DNA of 64,000 nucleotides from Chrysomallon squamiferum (lineage: Eukaryota; Animalia; Mollusca). Shown in pieces: positions 59,610 through 64,000 of this stretch (positions within the stretch are counted from its first letter, which is position 1; the number at the start of each line of letters is the position of its first letter). The position numbers and the translations under genes are program-made. The DNA lies in NCBI GenBank assembly GCA_012295275.1, contig CM022668.1, forward strand, positions 558,001 through 622,000, written 5' to 3'. Below the pieces are notes generated by a model that saw only the letters and a program-made list of their open reading frames with translations, did no database searches and was not told where the DNA came from.

Positions 59610-59770
59610 CTGCTACTACTATTACTACTACAATATCAACAACACCAACAACAGCAACAACTGCTACTACTACTACTACTACTACTAATAATAATAATAA
59701 CAATAACAATAACAACAATAATAATAATAGTAATAATAATAATAATTATAACAATAATAATAATAATAAT
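59610..59770. repeat. (ACT)/(AAC)/(AAT) trinucleotide tract
   Basis: Direct inspection. Confidence 0.9.
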
Positions 59771-60665
59771 TTTGAAAGAAAAGGAGAAGAGAGATTTGAC
59801 GATAGTAACGGAATAAGTCTGTGTGTTTCATTACTTTTAATATATATACCCCAAATTACTGGAAACAGAGTTAGAAAGATTCAAATCAATATATGAAGTA
59901 AAACAGAAACAAACCTGTATGTTCGTTATTATATATTATAAAAATATTATTGATTCTTCATTGCATGTATTTGAACTGATTTTCAAATATTGATAAATAT
60001 AACTGAATTCAACTGAACCATTCTCTATTTAATTACATTTTGTTTCTTTCAGCAGAATACCTTATTAAAGAAATAAATCGTTTTTTCTTTCGCTTATTAA
60101 TTTCTCCATCTTCCACGAGTGCAAGATTTATGAAAAATAATGTAAAAAGAAATATTTTATTACTGCATAATCCTCTAATAATCATTACCGTGTTTAGTGC
60201 TGTGTAGAATGTTGAATGTGCGGGTATTTGTACATATGTGTGTGCATGTATATATACGCCTGTATATGTACGAGTTACCGGGTGAATGTTTAATCGTGTA
60301 CGAATGATTTGTGATGATGATGGTAATATTGTAGTAGGAGTTGTAATAGTAGTAGTAATATTAGAAGCAGTAACAGTAATAATGGAAGGAAAGTTGTATA
60401 GTAATAGTAGTTATAAAAGCAGTAATTGTAGTAGTAGTAATAATAATCGTTGAGGTAGTCGTAATAGTAATGGAGTAATAGTAGTAGTAGTAGTTGTTGT
60501 AATATTAGAGGTAGCAATAGTAGTAACAGCAGTTGTAGTTGCAGATAATAATAATAATTGTTGTGCTGCTATTGGTATTGTTATTTTCATTATTTTGACG
60601 TGTTTGTCGTTACTGTTTTTCTCTTATAGTTATCGTCAAGATCGTTACTTTATAAAATAAAGTAT

Positions 60666-60696
<31 letters not shown>

Positions 60697-62454
60697 TACT
60701 AATATGGTCAGTCTATAAATTTAGTGCATGTCAGTGATTATCAACGTTTAGACAGACAACCAATGTTGGTAACATATAATTAACAAAACTATAGGTAAAT
60801 ATTCTTTATATATAAAATTAATATCTATTCAAGTAAGAGTTGGTGTTTATGTTCATGTATTCTTGAAAATGTCTATCATACCTACTTCAGTCTGATTCCG
60901 AACCTTGTGTTTTCATAATTCACATTATGGCTAATATAAATTAACATCATTTATATTTTGTCAAGAGTAGTTTCACTTGAAAATATTACACCCCAGAGAC
61001 AACGTCTAAATTAACTATGTTGTGAGACCATGCTTCTAGGTATCACAATAGATATATTGTCACTTGTGACAGAAGTAATCATACAAAAATCACAAAACTA
61101 TTCACTCAATTTGTAAAAAGTCAATTACGTTAATATGATGAGTGATATGAATCTGCTTTATTCATAATTAATGTGAAATCAAAACTGAGCGAAATCTCAA
61201 ATACAGTCTCTGCGAGATGTTAATTAGGAAATTAGGTTGTTTTTCGTTTTTCTTTTTTTTCTTGTGTGTTTTTTTGTGTTGTTGTTTTATATATATACAT
61301 AATTTGTTTAAGTCAATAATAATTTTTTTTTTTTAACAAACACCAGTATAATTAGTGCAGAATCAATATGCATTATATATCTTACCTCTGTCTAGTTATT
61401 CATGTCTTGTTTGTCTTTGAGTCACAAACGTACACTGATATATAGACAGATATAAATAGATAGACATAGACAGATATATAAATATATAAATCTTTCTGTG
61501 TGTATGTGTTTATGTATATATATATATATAAGATAGATAGCTAGAGATATAGATATAAGGATAATATATTCACACATACAGACAGATAAATATAATATAT
61601 ACTGACAAAATAATTGTACAGACATGTAGACATACAGACACAATATCACAAAGAGAAATAATGAGATTACAGAAAAGAAATTCTATAACAGAACTGGAGA
61701 TTCAGATAACTATATAAATCAAATAGGTGTACAAGAGACTAGTTTGTTATTCGCTAGATAAATCTGGTATAATTTTATTTTTCTTCGAAATCTTCATCTA
61801 TAATTACAACACTAATCACCTACACCAAGTTCCCACAGGTAATCTTCACTGACAGCAAACACAGAAAGGTGGACAGAGGCTGAGGGGTGGGCAACATATC
61901 ACGCATGTTTATTGGTTTCCAAAATCAGACTCTAATGAAATGATCAACTTTAATTGTTGAGAAATTCCATGTTAAATCACTGACCCTAAAAGGAAAATTT
62001 TAATCCCGCCTTCATCGACGCCATAATGTTTCGGTGGTTTTCGCATAACTAGAAAAAATCTTAATCATTAGCTCGATCGGACCACATGTCTGACCTCGAA
62101 AAAGCCAGTTAAAAATGGGCCTTGTCACCAGTTTTCAGGAGCTGATATCTTGGTAACCACTGGATCAATTTTAGTGTCACTGGTGTAACTGGAAAACACG
62201 AAGATACTGGGTTTAAACACAATGTCTTATTTCAAATGGACTGTCAAATTCTGTCTTCTGATTTTAAGTCTTGCAGTGTTCTTTCTCCAAAAAAATAATA
62301 AATAATTAAATTAAATTAAATTTAAAAAAACACCAAAAAAACAAACAAACAAAATAAAAAACATATGCATTAAATCTTTATGGTTTCAAATATTTCAGAT
62401 ATTTCTATTATATTAAATAATTTTAGACGGATGATTGGATATAGAGTTACTTTA

Positions 62455-62725
62455 TATAGATACATACATAAATACATACATACATAGAGACATACAGATA
62501 ATTAGATAGATAGATAGATAGACAGATAGATAGATAGACGGACAGACAGACAGACAGAAAGATAGGTCGACAGAAAATAGAGATAGACAAAAGCAAACCA
62601 AAAAACCCTCAGATAGATAGAGAGATAGAAAGACAGAATTAAAGAAAGACGGTTGGATGGATGGATGAATAGTTAGAAACATACATACATACGTACATAA
62701 ATAGATAGATAGACACATAGATACA

Positions 62726-62801
<76 letters not shown>

Positions 62802-62862
62802 TAGATAGATAGACAGATAGATAGATAAATACATGGATAGGTTCATACATATATACATAGAC

Positions 62863-62936
<74 letters not shown>

Positions 62937-62948
62937 GTAGATAGATAG
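62455..62948. repeat. (GATA)n/(GACA)n/(TACA)n tetranucleotide complex
   Basis: Direct inspection. Confidence 0.93.
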
Positions 62949-63039
62949 GTTTTCCTGGTAACATCGTACGCCTTCGGAGCGCGGGCGAATGGGTGCCATA
63001 GATCGAGCCTCGTCAGCGGCATCATCCTCCGCAGGTGCG

Positions 63040-63102
63040 TTCCCGAATATTGTCTACGTGCAGAGTCTATTCAGACGTAGACAGAGAATATTCAAAATCC
63101 TA
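63040..63102 (-). repeat. Copy 2 of the short interspersed hairpin repeat (see 39125-39175)
   Basis: Sequence identity with copy 1; internal inverted repeats TGTCTACGT/ACGTAGACA and GAATATT/AATATTC. Confidence 0.85.
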
Positions 63103-63459
63103 GACTACATACATACATACATACATACATACATAGACAGGTAGATATGTAGATAGGTAGATAGATAGGTAGGTAGGTAAGCAGGTGTGCATTGTCTATA
63201 TTGTATTTATATATATATAGAACTGAATGTGATATAAATACAATAAATAGAATATAAATGAAAATGATAAAATAAAATAATTAACATCGAATTGAAAATG
63301 ATAAAATATAATAAACAGTATAGAACTGAATATAATACGTTAAATAAAATAAAACTGAACAGAACAAATGTAACTTAAAGACACTAAATAGTTAGTTTGG
63401 ACTGAACAAGAGGCTGTTGGTTCTGACAAAGATTTCAGTTTAATCATACGCTACACCTC

Positions 63460-63473
63460 CCGCCAGGTGGCAG
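63460..63473 (+). promoter_or_regulatory. CTCF-like motif CCGCCAGGTGGCAG
   Basis: 13/14 match to the consensus CCASYAGRKGGCRS in an AT-rich background; motif only, no binding evidence. Confidence 0.4.
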
Positions 63474-63810
63474 CTACTGGTTATACACTGAAAACAGTTA
63501 ACTGACAAACACATAACACAGTTTATATTATTATTTCACTCAGTATTTCATTTTGTTAATTATTTTTATGTAGCTTCTCATTTTTCTAACAACTCTCATA
63601 TTATTATTACCATCCGTCTGTCTAAAAGTTATTACATCAAGGACAAATGAAAAGTCAGAATAAATGGATTATTAATTTTGTATTAACTGCCATTAGATAC
63701 AGATATTTGTACATATGACATACAATAAGCTAAACAAACCTGTTTATGTGTTGCACAGAACTGACAGAAAATACATCCATTCTGATAAAATATATGTGAT
63801 CAAATCAGTA

Positions 63811-63813
<3 letters not shown>

Positions 63814-63896
<83 letters not shown>
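63814..63896. repeat. (CT)n microsatellite
   Basis: Direct inspection. Confidence 0.96.
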
Positions 63897-63900
<4 letters not shown>

Positions 63901-64000
63901 GTATTTGACGACGATATCGGGCTTCTTTACGACGTCAGTTACATTTTTAACTGTATTTGCGTTTCTTGTCTGTACTGCTATTACAACTAACAGTAATTAA

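Noticed and set aside
53528-61388. Other minus-strand donor-like sites (GTAAGT near 53535, GTAAGA near 61385) as allatotropin 5' exons
   Set aside because: No clear paired acceptor or promoter-like context; cannot be supported without transcripts.
62970-63020. Minus-strand CTGACGA as a hammerhead core
   Set aside because: Followed by GAAG rather than GAAA and stem II does not pair.

Overview
AT-rich, microsatellite-dense animal genomic DNA, most likely lophotrochozoan (molluscan), judged from the neuropeptide sequence. Two spliced protein-coding genes converge tail-to-tail. (1) The 3' part of a neurabin/spinophilin-family gene lies on + (7 exons, 1353-8232, including a 15-nt microexon) and ends in a SAM domain plus a basic coiled coil. 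(2) A complete allatotropin-related neuropeptide precursor gene lies on - (coding exons 27716-27894, 19283-19374, 18890-18939; mature peptide GFRANTVDRVAHGY-amide; C-terminal EF-hand-like loop). It probably also has a 23-nt upstream microexon (42673-42695) and a first exon/promoter near 56.1-56.5 kb. Other features: an intact tRNA-Ser(GCT) and a decayed copy of it, an internally deleted Tc1 (DD34E) transposon, a piggyBac-like MITE, a possible hAT remnant, a two-copy hairpin repeat next to an HDV-ribozyme-like fragment, two cryptic minisatellites, and a sharp CpG-poor to CpG-normal boundary near 13.2 kb. Most ORF-track entries are microsatellite translations. All calls were made by eye without database searches.
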